The notes under the pieces were generated by a model. That model saw only the letters and a program-made list of their open reading frames with translations, ran no database searches and had not been told where the DNA came from. A DNA stretch of 64,000 bases. It comes from Elusimicrobiota bacterium (GTDB taxonomy: Bacteria; Elusimicrobiota; Elusimicrobia; Elusimicrobiales; UBA9959). Below are positions 47,399 through 56,894 of the stretch, piece after piece. The stretch lies in NCBI GenBank assembly GCA_012517285.1, contig JAAYVG010000023.1, positions 16,925 through 80,924 on the forward strand. The letters are read 5' to 3'. The position numbers and the translations under genes are program-made. The stretch's first letter is position 1. The number at the start of each line of letters is the position of its first letter.

Positions 47399-49618
47399 AT
47401 GATTTACAAACAACATCTTAAAAAGACCAAAAAAAAAAGCGGTTTCAGTGATGTTGTCTGCTGGATTGTATCAATAGTATTTTGTATTTGGCTTTTCTGG
47501 ATAATTATAAATCCATCACAAAAAGGGATAATAGGTAATTTTGTTTTCAATAATCTTTATGCCTTTATGGGTCCGGGTATATATATATTCCCATTTTTAT
47601 TTTTTTATGGAATGGTAAAAATACTGTTAAAACTTGGCAAACCCAACAAAGGTTTTTTTTCAATGCTCTTCGGTATAGTTTTAACTCTTTCATTCCTTTC
47701 ATCGATAATGGAAAGAATTCATTATCATTTTCCTCAATCTAACTTTGATGCTGGGTGGATAGGATACGTTATAGATACTATTATGCTGAAGCTTTTCGGT
47801 GATATGGGGGCTCTTATTTTTTCTTTTGGATTTATGATAATTGGTATAAATATCATATTTGAAATAAAGTGGATGAAACTGTTTGAAAAAATCATGGTGT
47901 TTATCAGAAAAGACTGGGATGAATGGAAAAAGGCAAAAGAAGAATTGAATCAGAAAAAAAATATAATTATTGAAAAAGAAAAAAATAAAGAAAAAACAAT
48001 TATTTCTAACCCTGTTGTTACAGAAAAACAAACTTCAAATGATATAAAACCTTTAACGCCACATATTCCAGCTGAAAATTTCAAAGAAGAAAAACAAAAG
48101 ATTGCGATGGAAGACCAGAAGACAGAAAAAAAAGCAAAGCAACAGGAGCAATTTCTAGATTTTAAAAATTTTAAGCTTCCGCCAATTGATCTTTTGCAGA
48201 AGAACAATAAGTCAAATGTATATTTGCCTGACAGCACAGAGATTCAGTCTGCTAAGATACAACTTGAAGAAACACTAAAAAACTTCAATATTTCAGCTTA
48301 TATATCGGGTATATATCCAGGACCGGTTATAACAAGATATGAGATAACACCTTCACCGGGTGTTAAGATAAGCTCTATAGTTTCTCTTTCCAATGATATA
48401 GCATTAGCTATGAGATCAATAGGTTCAATAAGAGTCATAGCACCCATACCTGGCAAATCAGCTATAGGTTTTGAAATTCCAAACACAAAAAGGAGTATGG
48501 TAAATCTTAGAGAGGTTATAGAATCTCCTGAATTTAACTCTTCAAAGGGTACACTATCCTTTGCAGTTGGAAGATATAGCGAGGGATCAATCTGCATAGC
48601 AAATCTTGAGGATATGCCTCATCTGTTGGTTGCTGGTGCTACTGGGAGCGGTAAGAGTGTTTTTTTGCAGTCTCTGATACTGTCGCTTATGTATAGGAAT
48701 ACCCCGGACGAGGTAAAATTTCTTTTTATAGATCCAAAACGACTTGAGCTTACATCATATGAAGGAACAGGATATCTCTATGACCCGAAGGTTACTCCTG
48801 ATAAGGTCAGGGTTATAACTGATCCTAAGGAAGCTTCCAAATCTCTTGTTGCCCTTACACGAATTATGGAAAAAAGATATAAAAAATTTGAAAAAGCAAG
48901 GGTAAAAAACATTCAATCATATAACAAGTGGGCTAGACAGAACAATCAACCTGAGGAGTTTTATATAGTAGTTATAATAGATGAACTGGCAGATCTTATG
49001 CTTCAGGCAAAAAATGTTGTGGAGGAATCTATACAGAGACTGACTCAGATGGCAAGAGCAGTTGGAATACATATGGTTCTTGCTACTCAGAGACCATCTG
49101 TTGATGTCATAACAGGTGTTATAAAAGCGAATTTACCATCGAGAATAGCTCTGCAGGTCAGTTCAAAAATAGATTCAAGGGTTATAATAGATTCACCCGG
49201 TGCTGAATCGCTTATAGGAAAGGGAGATATGCTTTTTTTAGGCTCTAATAAAAGCAAGCCAGAAAGAATTCAGGGGTGTTATGTTACGGAGCAGGAGATA
49301 GAAAGGGTTGTTGAATTTATAAAAACTCAAGGTGGGCCGAGCTATCCAATGTATGTAGAGGAAGAGATCAGCTTTGATGGAAAGGGATCAAGCAATGAAG
49401 AGCTTTCAATAGCATTAAGACTTATTCTTGAAAGGAAAAGGGTTTCTCAGGATTTATTAAAGGCTCACTTCGGTTCATCGGCAAGAGCGACAAATCTTTT
49501 GAGCCTTCTTGAAGTAAAAGGTTTTATATACAAGCCTGAGGGAACGAACAGATGGCAGATATACTTTGATAAGATAGAATCGTATCTTAATTCACTTGAA
49601 AATGCTGACAAAAGTTAA
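47399..49618 (+). CDS. ftsK: DNA translocase FtsK
   Basis: 4 N-terminal TM helices, a linker, Walker A AGATGSGKSV, Walker B IIDELADL, and a C-terminal gamma wHTH domain. Confidence 0.93.
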   Translation: MIYKQHLKKTKKKSGFSDVVCWIVSIVFCIWLFWIIINPSQKGIIGNFVFNNLYAFMGPGIYIFPFLFFYGMVKILLKLGKPNKGFFSMLFGIVLTLSFLSSIMERIHYHFPQSNFDAGWIGYVIDTIMLKLFGDMGALIFSFGFMIIGINIIFEIKWMKLFEKIMVFIRKDWDEWKKAKEELNQKKNIIIEKEKNKEKTIISNPVVTEKQTSNDIKPLTPHIPAENFKEEKQKIAMEDQKTEKKAKQQEQFLDFKNFKLPPIDLLQKNNKSNVYLPDSTEIQSAKIQLEETLKNFNISAYISGIYPGPVITRYEITPSPGVKISSIVSLSNDIALAMRSIGSIRVIAPIPGKSAIGFEIPNTKRSMVNLREVIESPEFNSSKGTLSFAVGRYSEGSICIANLEDMPHLLVAGATGSGKSVFLQSLILSLMYRNTPDEVKFLFIDPKRLELTSYEGTGYLYDPKVTPDKVRVITDPKEASKSLVALTRIMEKRYKKFEKARVKNIQSYNKWARQNNQPEEFYIVVIIDELADLMLQAKNVVEESIQRLTQMARAVGIHMVLATQRPSVDVITGVIKANLPSRIALQVSSKIDSRVIIDSPGAESLIGKGDMLFLGSNKSKPERIQGCYVTEQEIERVVEFIKTQGGPSYPMYVEEEISFDGKGSSNEELSIALRLILERKRVSQDLLKAHFGSSARATNLLSLLEVKGFIYKPEGTNRWQIYFDKIESYLNSLENADKS

Positions 49619-49687
49619 TAAAATAATGTAAAATAGATATAATGGCCACTGAATAGTTTGTGTTGATAAAATTTCATTGGAGGTAAT

Positions 49688-50377
49688 ATGAAAAAAATAT
49701 TATTGTCGGTTATTTTTTTACAGGCTCCTGTTTTTGCAGAGACTGTGATATCAACGACTACATCTACTCAACCTTCTGTTGTTGTCTCAACAATGGATGC
49801 AAATCCGATAGAAAAGTTGAAAGAATGGGACAGTAATCTTAAATCTTTAAAGGCTAATTTTTCTCAGGAAGTATTTTTTAAAACGGCAGAAATTAAAGAA
49901 AACATTGATGGTAGTATAGTTTATCAAAAAGCTGATGGAGAAAAGAAAGAAAGCCTTAAAATTTCACATTACAAGCCACAGGAACAGATAATAATTATAA
50001 GCTCAGAAAAGGATATAACAATAGTAAAACCTGCAGATAAACAAATAGTTAAAAGCGACTGGGAAAAGTGGAAAGCAAGCCTTGAGCCAAAGTTAAAAGG
50101 ACTTATGGAATTTGGAAACTATTCAAAATTAGCGACTGATGCAACGATAACAACATCAAAGGATGGAGATAATACAAAGATTAATATAAACCCTAAAGCA
50201 GGTGGATATACTCTGATCTTGAAATTAAACAAGGACTATTTTCCTGTGGAGGGTGAGCTTGATATGGGAGACACTCTTATAAAGACATATCTTAAGGACG
50301 TTCAGATAAATTCTGAAATTGATAAGGGAGAGTTTAATTATCAGAACACAAAAAAGTTTGAAGTTTTAGAGATATGA
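49688..50377 (+). CDS. lolA: LolA-like outer-membrane lipoprotein carrier family protein
   Basis: Signal peptide and the L.SL.A.F.Q pattern. ftsK-lolA synteny matches that of proteobacteria. Confidence 0.55.
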   Translation: MKKILLSVIFLQAPVFAETVISTTTSTQPSVVVSTMDANPIEKLKEWDSNLKSLKANFSQEVFFKTAEIKENIDGSIVYQKADGEKKESLKISHYKPQEQIIIISSEKDITIVKPADKQIVKSDWEKWKASLEPKLKGLMEFGNYSKLATDATITTSKDGDNTKININPKAGGYTLILKLNKDYFPVEGELDMGDTLIKTYLKDVQINSEIDKGEFNYQNTKKFEVLEI

Positions 50378-50976
50378 CCCTTGCAAACAAAATAACACTA
50401 ACAAGAAGTTTTTTGGGAATAGTGCTATTTTTTTTTATAAAGTATGATAATATAACGCTTTTATCAATTGCTTTCATACTTCTCGTCATATCATCTGTAT
50501 CTGATTTTGTGGATGGAAAGATAGCAAGGGAGACAAATACAACAACTAAGTTTGGAGCTATTGTAGATCCATATGCTGATAAAATAGTTGTTTTCTCCTG
50601 TTATTTAGCATTTGCTGATATACCACAACTAAAGATACCCATGTTTGCAATATTTTTAATAATATTGAGGGAACTGACTGTTGCCTCATTAAGGGTTTTA
50701 GCAGCTTTTGATAACTTTGTATTAAAGGCTGAACCTTCTGGAAAATTTAAAACCCTTCTTCAGTTTATATCCATATACTTTATAATCATATATCTTATAA
50801 TTGCAAATATTTCAATAAATCAGCCAAATTTAATCCCCATTGTTGATGCCCTTAAAAATATTCCAGCCATATTAATAATAATAACGGCAGTGATAACTGT
50901 TCTAAGTGGGATATTGTATGTTTCCAATCATTATAAGATGATAGAAAAGCAGTGGGGTGATGATCATAAATCATAG
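50374..50976 (+). CDS. pgsA: CDP-alcohol phosphatidyltransferase (PgsA-like)
   Basis: DFVDGKIAR-x8-G-x3-DPYADK signature. Confidence 0.85.
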   Translation: MTLANKITLTRSFLGIVLFFFIKYDNITLLSIAFILLVISSVSDFVDGKIARETNTTTKFGAIVDPYADKIVVFSCYLAFADIPQLKIPMFAIFLIILRELTVASLRVLAAFDNFVLKAEPSGKFKTLLQFISIYFIIIYLIIANISINQPNLIPIVDALKNIPAILIIITAVITVLSGILYVSNHYKMIEKQWGDDHKS

Positions 50977-51465
50977 ATGAATGAAAAAATTATAAATTTT
51001 ATAGCAAGCGGTTTTTATATAAGTTATATACCTGATCATTTTTCAAAAAAGAAAGGGAAGTTTAGAGGATGTGGCCTTTTTGGAACACTTCTTGCTTTTT
51101 TGCTTTATCCATTGTTGCCTGAGAAAAAATTGTATTTATATATAATAGTTTTCTTATTTATTATTTTTTCAGTATATGTCTCACACAATGCATACAGGAA
51201 TGGAAATCAGGATGACAATCCTCTGATAGTAATCGATGAGATATCAGGATACTGGTTTGGATTTCTTTTTTTGGATAAAAGTTTAATAAATGCAATTGTC
51301 TTATTTATCTTCTTCAGATTTTTTGATACCATAAAACCATATCCGATAAAAAGGCTTGAGAATCTCCCACACAGAGGCTTTGCAATTGTTATAGATGATA
51401 TAATAGCCTCATTTTATGCAACCCTTTTGACATACATCACAGTGAAGATAATAATAGTTATTTAA
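50977..51465 (+). CDS. pgpA: Phosphatidylglycerophosphatase A
   Basis: VIDEISGYW and FFRFFDTIKPYPI...DD motifs of the PgpA family. Confidence 0.85.
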   Translation: MNEKIINFIASGFYISYIPDHFSKKKGKFRGCGLFGTLLAFLLYPLLPEKKLYLYIIVFLFIIFSVYVSHNAYRNGNQDDNPLIVIDEISGYWFGFLFLDKSLINAIVLFIFFRFFDTIKPYPIKRLENLPHRGFAIVIDDIIASFYATLLTYITVKIIIVI

Positions 51466-51468
51466 TGG

Positions 51469-51563
51469 AAACAGATGTCAGAAGTCAGATGACAGACAAA
51501 TAGGGAATTTCCTTAAATTCTGTTTCGTGCTTTCTGTCTTCTGTCATCTGTTTTCTGACTTCT
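51469..51563. repeat. Long imperfect hairpin built from CAGAAGTCAG/ACAGATGACAGA words (arms 51469-51500 and 51531-51563)
   Basis: Read directly. It lies downstream of pgpA and could act as a terminator or stabiliser. Confidence 0.7.
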
Positions 51564-51661
51564 AACCATGGTCGGCTGATGAGGATAACAATCGTTAATA
51601 AAACCTTCATCGTTAAAGTTTTTCAGTGAACCTTACTCATTAATTTGGTATAATTTTAATT

Positions 51662-52651
51662 ATGAAAAAGCTTTCTTTTTTTCTTTTTATATTTTTTGCT
51701 GCTTTTGCTGCCCATGCTGATGATATAGCGGAAAGCACTCAGACAGTAAAGGAAGAAGCTATATGGGAAAGGCATCCAAAACAGGTTTCAATAAGCGGCA
51801 TAGTCCTCACTCCTACAGCGTATAGATCCAATGGAATAAATGAGATAGGTCCCGCACTTGATTTTAATGCAGCATACTATATAGGAAGGCTTTATGGTAA
51901 GAACACCTTTCAGTGGACAACCGATAAAAAAAATTATTTGGATAGAATAGGAGTATGGTACTTTGAGGCTGATGGCAAGCTTCTGTTGCAGAGAGAAACT
52001 AAATATTTTCCTGCTTTTTCAAGCGGGTTCAAGGGAATATTTTCTTTCAGAGATAACTCACAGCCATCGCTTGAAAATCCACAGACATCATTTACTGTAA
52101 ACAATGACAATACAAACACCTACACATCAATTTATTTTGTTTTATCAAAACAGATTACTGAGAGGTTTATAGTTAATGCAGGTTATATGGATGGTGATTT
52201 TTCTAAGTTTATATATCAGACATCTGATTTTTTATCCAATCAGGGAATATACAACACGACAGGTGGTATGCCATACACATCAAAATCCACACTGTTTGGT
52301 GGTATGATGTATCTCGCGGGGGGAAAAACTCCTCTCGGATTTGAAATAATAATGCCTCAGGGTTCAACGCTTAGTCCTAAACTTATTAATCTACAGTTAG
52401 GGACACTTTTAAAACTGAACTTTCAGATCTCATATCTTAAATATACTGGTGGATATGAGTATTTAGGAACATTTAACTTCAGATATTCCTTTTTCCCAAG
52501 GATAAAAAAGATAAAGACAGAAGGAACAACAGCTGTGGAAACCTTAAACAAAACTACTGAAATATCTTTGTCCAATGATACTACAAAAGATTTAACATCA
52601 TCAACAAACGATCAGAAAACTCAACTGCCAGATCAGAGCATTCCTCAATAA
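51662..52651 (+). CDS. Secreted protein, probable outer-membrane beta-barrel, with a Ser/Thr-rich C-terminal tail
   Basis: Signal peptide ..AAHADD and alternating aromatic beta-strand pattern. No named family recognised. Confidence 0.5.
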   Translation: MKKLSFFLFIFFAAFAAHADDIAESTQTVKEEAIWERHPKQVSISGIVLTPTAYRSNGINEIGPALDFNAAYYIGRLYGKNTFQWTTDKKNYLDRIGVWYFEADGKLLLQRETKYFPAFSSGFKGIFSFRDNSQPSLENPQTSFTVNNDNTNTYTSIYFVLSKQITERFIVNAGYMDGDFSKFIYQTSDFLSNQGIYNTTGGMPYTSKSTLFGGMMYLAGGKTPLGFEIIMPQGSTLSPKLINLQLGTLLKLNFQISYLKYTGGYEYLGTFNFRYSFFPRIKKIKTEGTTAVETLNKTTEISLSNDTTKDLTSSTNDQKTQLPDQSIPQ

Positions 52652-52664
52652 CAAAAATAATTCC

Positions 52665-53612
52665 TTATCCCATTCTCTTTTGAATCAGTATTTTTTTCTT
52701 TAATTCAAAATATTTCTTTTTGTTTTCAGGATATTTTTTTTCCAAAATATCAAGATATTTAGATGCTTCATCAAATTTTAGATTTTTATACATAAGTATT
52801 GAATGAAGATAATAATCATTTTCTTGTGATGAGGTTGAAGTCAGAAGTTTATATGATTCAGATGCTGAATAATAATAATCTCCCATCTCATACAATAACT
52901 TTATTTTTTCTCTCAGGTAAAACAAATCTTTTTTAATATTATAAAGCTCTGATATCAGATAGAGGGCATTGTTGTAATATCCCTTGAGTTTATAAGCAAT
53001 GAATAATTTATACATAACGGAGGGGTTTTGGGGATATTTTCTGTTAAGAGATAATAGAAGCTCTATTGCTTTGTCAGGATTATCATCTTTGAGTAAAACA
53101 TCAGCTTTTTCTAAGAGTATGTCATCATCATTTTCAATTCTGTAGGCCGTATCATAATCCTTTAATGATTTTTTATAATCGTTCATATAAAAATAAGCCC
53201 TTGCTCTTATCAGATATCCCTCCCAATCTGTCGGATCATTTTCTATGGCCTTCTGAGCGAGTTCCATTTGCTTTTTATAATCACCCATATTGCCGTATAT
53301 AACTGCTTTTAAATTATATGATGAAACCAATGGAAACCCGAGAGAGATTGACCTATCAAGATCTGAGAGAGCCTTATTGTAATCCTTTTTTAATACGAAA
53401 ACCTTTGCTCTTTCGTAGTAAAGCAAACCATCATCAGAGTATTTTTCAATTTTTGAATCCAGATATCTATTAGCATCATCAATTCTTTTTTCCTCAATCA
53501 TACTTTCTACAAGGCTGTGATCCACAGGATAAAAATCATCAAAAATTTTTCTGACAAAAAAAATTACAAGAAAAAGAAAAGATAATGCTATAATAATCCT
53601 TAATATTTTCAT
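52665..53612 (-). CDS. Membrane-anchored TPR-repeat protein
   Basis: N-terminal TM helix and multiple 34-residue A..Y...G.Y..A...Y..A repeats. Confidence 0.75.
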   Translation of the reverse strand: MKILRIIIALSFLFLVIFFVRKIFDDFYPVDHSLVESMIEEKRIDDANRYLDSKIEKYSDDGLLYYERAKVFVLKKDYNKALSDLDRSISLGFPLVSSYNLKAVIYGNMGDYKKQMELAQKAIENDPTDWEGYLIRARAYFYMNDYKKSLKDYDTAYRIENDDDILLEKADVLLKDDNPDKAIELLLSLNRKYPQNPSVMYKLFIAYKLKGYYNNALYLISELYNIKKDLFYLREKIKLLYEMGDYYYSASESYKLLTSTSSQENDYYLHSILMYKNLKFDEASKYLDILEKKYPENKKKYFELKKKILIQKRMG

Positions 53613-53697
53613 AAATAGGGTGCACTAAGTCTATTTATTAGTTAAATAGTATTATATAATAAAAGCAAACGAGTGTAACTTGTGTTACATTAGACCC

Positions 53698-53788
53698 TTG
53701 ACAAGAATTAATAATGCTGTTAAAATAAATTATAGCGGGCTGCCTCCCTCACCTACCCCCCCCTAAAAGGCAGCCCCCTTTTTTTTCT
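53698..53788 (+). promoter_or_regulatory. Sigma70-like promoter followed by a 9-bp GC stem, a 22-nt C-rich loop and a T8 tract. Candidate attenuator or ~55-nt sRNA.
   Basis: Read directly. Promoter: TTGACA at 53698-53703, a 17-nt spacer, TAAAAT at 53721-53726. Stem: GGGCTGCCT / AGGCAGCCC at 53737-53776. The element is a plus-strand terminator inside a divergent promoter region. Confidence 0.5.
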
Positions 53789-53887
53789 TTTTAAAAAAAC
53801 AAATTAATTGCTTTTCAAAACTATATTTTTTATAATAGTTAATATATAATAATTTTATGCTTTTTTTAATTTTAAAAAAGGGGGAAA

Positions 53888-54835
53888 ATGAGTGATACTT
53901 TTAAGACGATAGTTGTTGTTGATGATGATCCAAATGTAGGTCTTCTTATATCCGTTATACTTAAAAATATTGGCTATTCTGTTGTATCACTTTCAAACGG
54001 TAAAGACCTTCTATCCTATCTTGCAAATAATTCAAAACCCGGACTGATACTCCTTGACTTAAAACTTCCAGATATAGATGGTTACGAGCTCTGCAAGCGA
54101 ATAAGAGATAATCAATTCACCTCTGATGTCCCGATAATTGTTCTTACAGGAGTTTCTGAGGTTGATTCAAAAATTAAGACCATTGAGATGGGGGCTGATG
54201 ACTATATAAGCAAACCATTTGATGTAAGAGAGTTGAAGGTTAGAATAAAAAGAATACTCAAAAGAAAGGATAACGATTCATCCCTTAATCCACTGACAAA
54301 ACTTCCAGGTGGGCCGCTTATAGAGGAATTTACGAGAAAGAAACTTGAAGTAGCTCCTAATTTTTCATATGCATATATAGATATAGATAATTTTAAGGCA
54401 TACAATGATGTTTATGGCTATACAAAGGGCGATGCTGTAATAAAATTTCTTGCTGATCTTTTAGAAAAAGTTTTAAAAGAAAACTCTAAGGGAGATTATT
54501 TTCTGGGTCATGTTGGTGGTGATGATTTTGTTGTATTAGCTCCAAATGATAAAATTATCAGAACTGTGGAAGGAATAATAGAAGAATTTGATACTAAAAT
54601 ACGTGATTATTACAGCATAGCAGACAGACAAGCAGGATATATAACAACAACAGACAGAATGAACAATATTAAGACATTTCCGATTATGACTCTCTCAATT
54701 GCTATAGTATCCGTTAGGAAAAGCATTCCATACGCGAAGATAATAGAAAATATATTTGAAATAAAAAGATTTTTAAAATCGAGACCAGTGAAGAACAAAA
54801 GCATATACCACAAGGATAGAAGAATAAATGAGTGA
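53888..54835 (+). CDS. Response regulator: REC domain + GGDEF-like domain carrying a GGDDF motif
   Basis: REC: DDD, phospho-acceptor in LLDLKLPDIDG, LTG and KPF. GGDEF-like: IDIDNFKAYNDVYGYTKGD and GHVGGDDF (54515-54529). Confidence 0.8.
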   Translation: MSDTFKTIVVVDDDPNVGLLISVILKNIGYSVVSLSNGKDLLSYLANNSKPGLILLDLKLPDIDGYELCKRIRDNQFTSDVPIIVLTGVSEVDSKIKTIEMGADDYISKPFDVRELKVRIKRILKRKDNDSSLNPLTKLPGGPLIEEFTRKKLEVAPNFSYAYIDIDNFKAYNDVYGYTKGDAVIKFLADLLEKVLKENSKGDYFLGHVGGDDFVVLAPNDKIIRTVEGIIEEFDTKIRDYYSIADRQAGYITTTDRMNNIKTFPIMTLSIAIVSVRKSIPYAKIIENIFEIKRFLKSRPVKNKSIYHKDRRINE

Positions 54836-56894
54836 TGAACTTATAAAAAAAACTTTTGCCAACTGCCTGATACTTGAAAAAATAGGTCAGGGGGGTATGG
54901 GAATAGTTTATAAAGCACACCATCTTTCACTTAACAAGGTTGTTTGTGTAAAGATACTTGCCAAAGAGCTTGAAGCAGATCCAAGGAATATTGACTTTTT
55001 TTTGAGAGAAGCTGAGATATCCAAACAATTAGATCATCCAAATACTGTTCATGTTTATGATTATGGTAAAGAAAAGGACAATTATTACATTGTAATGTCA
55101 TACGTTGAAGGGAAAAGCCTTGAGGATCTGGTTAAGGAAAAGAAATCACTTCCTGTTCCTGAAGCATCAAATATAATGTTAGGAGTATTCGAGGGCATAG
55201 CCCATGCTCATTCAAAGAATATTATACACAGGGATATAAAACCATCAAACATAATAGTTAACTCAAGCGGTGTGCCAAGAATAATTGATTTCGGTCTTGC
55301 AAGAAGGGTTGTTGAAGAAAAACAGCTTACAATCACAGGCGAGATGATCGGTACAGCTTATTTTATGTCACCAGAGCAGGGGCTTGGAAAGAAGGTTGAC
55401 AGCAGAGCAGATCTTTATTCCTGTGGTGCAACATACTTTTATATTCTTACAGGCAGGTATCCTTACGATGGCAAGAGTGCAATAGAGGTTATAAACAAGC
55501 ATATAACAGAACCGATACCAAATTTATATATGATAAAACCTGATCTTCCTATATGGCTTGTTAAGATAATAGATAAGCTCATGAATAAAAATCCTGACGA
55601 AAGATATCAAACTGCTGCTGAGGTCATAGAGGATATAAAAAAATATAAGGCCAAAAACTATGAAAACGTTATAATGTCATCTGAATCAGAATACAATCTT
55701 GAAGAACTTTCAAAGAGTGAAGAAAAGATAGTAGAGGTTTTCAAGGATAAAAAAAGAGAGAATGTTATAGAAGGAATAGAGGTTAAAGTTGAACAGAAAG
55801 ATAGCCAAAAATTGGAAATAAATAAAGGAGAGACCCAAGCAAAAGAAGAAATAGTTATAACCAAACCTAAAAAGCTTCAGTCCACAGCTTTATACAGGGT
55901 TGTAAGAATATCCTATCATATCTTTTATAGTCTGATAGCTATACTGTCTTTTTTTATATTTATGATTAATAATCCTGCGAAGGATCGTTATGCATTTATA
56001 AAATCACTTATTTCAAATCCATATTCACTTATATTTCCACTGATAGGTGGTTTTTTTATTTATTTACTCTTTAAATCTATGAAGATCAGATCAATATTCA
56101 CATATTTGTTTGTCCTTGCTTTATCACTTTTTAGTCTAACTTTGATACCACCACTGCTGGCTGAGCGATCAATACCATCAGCAATTGATAGATTCTTATA
56201 TCTTATTAAAGGAATTGATGTCAATTATAACAACCTTTTTATAATATCTTTTTTTACAGCTCTGCTGGCTCAAAAAATTCCGAAAACTCATTTAAAGCTT
56301 AATAAGCTAATATCATCTGTTTTTTTAATACTTTCTGTTCTGTTTATAAACAGATCGTTTATGGCTATGTTTGATGTTGACATATATAATAAATTTTTCT
56401 ATTTTGTCATATCTGTGATAGCTCTTTACTCCATAATTTTTATTTTTTATTTTAAAAAGAAATTTGCTTTTATAATATATATAATATCATCAATAGTTTT
56501 AATCTACGGTTTTAGAAATGATTATATAGAGAAAAAATTTAATGATATATATACTGCTGAGCTTATAAAATACAATAAATCTAAAGAAGAAACAGTACTG
56601 AAGATACAGGAGAATTTTTATTCAAAATTAGATAATACAAACAATTTTACAGGGAATTATGATGATATTGAAAAAAAGTTAAGAGCTGAGATAAAAGAAA
56701 AGCTTTCAACATTAAAAGAACCTGATAAGGAAATGATAAAAAATGATATATCTATAAAATATTTAAAATCTGTTAAACAAATCCTATATGACAACTATTC
56801 AAAATCTGTTGTCTTAGCTTTAATACTTTTCTGGTTGCTTCTAAACTACATATTTATAACAGATATATTTAAAAAGGAAAAATATGAATTATAA
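54828..56894 (+). CDS. Hanks-type Ser/Thr protein kinase with a polytopic membrane C-terminal half
   Basis: GQGGMGIVY, VCVK, HRDIKPSN, DFGLA and SPEQ motifs. About 7-8 TM segments lie after residue ~350. ATGAGTGA overlap with the upstream gene. Confidence 0.88.
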   Translation: MSDELIKKTFANCLILEKIGQGGMGIVYKAHHLSLNKVVCVKILAKELEADPRNIDFFLREAEISKQLDHPNTVHVYDYGKEKDNYYIVMSYVEGKSLEDLVKEKKSLPVPEASNIMLGVFEGIAHAHSKNIIHRDIKPSNIIVNSSGVPRIIDFGLARRVVEEKQLTITGEMIGTAYFMSPEQGLGKKVDSRADLYSCGATYFYILTGRYPYDGKSAIEVINKHITEPIPNLYMIKPDLPIWLVKIIDKLMNKNPDERYQTAAEVIEDIKKYKAKNYENVIMSSESEYNLEELSKSEEKIVEVFKDKKRENVIEGIEVKVEQKDSQKLEINKGETQAKEEIVITKPKKLQSTALYRVVRISYHIFYSLIAILSFFIFMINNPAKDRYAFIKSLISNPYSLIFPLIGGFFIYLLFKSMKIRSIFTYLFVLALSLFSLTLIPPLLAERSIPSAIDRFLYLIKGIDVNYNNLFIISFFTALLAQKIPKTHLKLNKLISSVFLILSVLFINRSFMAMFDVDIYNKFFYFVISVIALYSIIFIFYFKKKFAFIIYIISSIVLIYGFRNDYIEKKFNDIYTAELIKYNKSKEETVLKIQENFYSKLDNTNNFTGNYDDIEKKLRAEIKEKLSTLKEPDKEMIKNDISIKYLKSVKQILYDNYSKSVVLALILFWLLLNYIFITDIFKKEKYEL

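Noticed and set aside
47425-47450. A10 tract near the 5' end of ftsK as a phase-variation site
   Set aside because: It encodes a Lys run (KKTKKKS) typical of AT-rich genomes, in an essential gene. There is no evidence of frameshift, and the homopolymer is not unusual for this composition.
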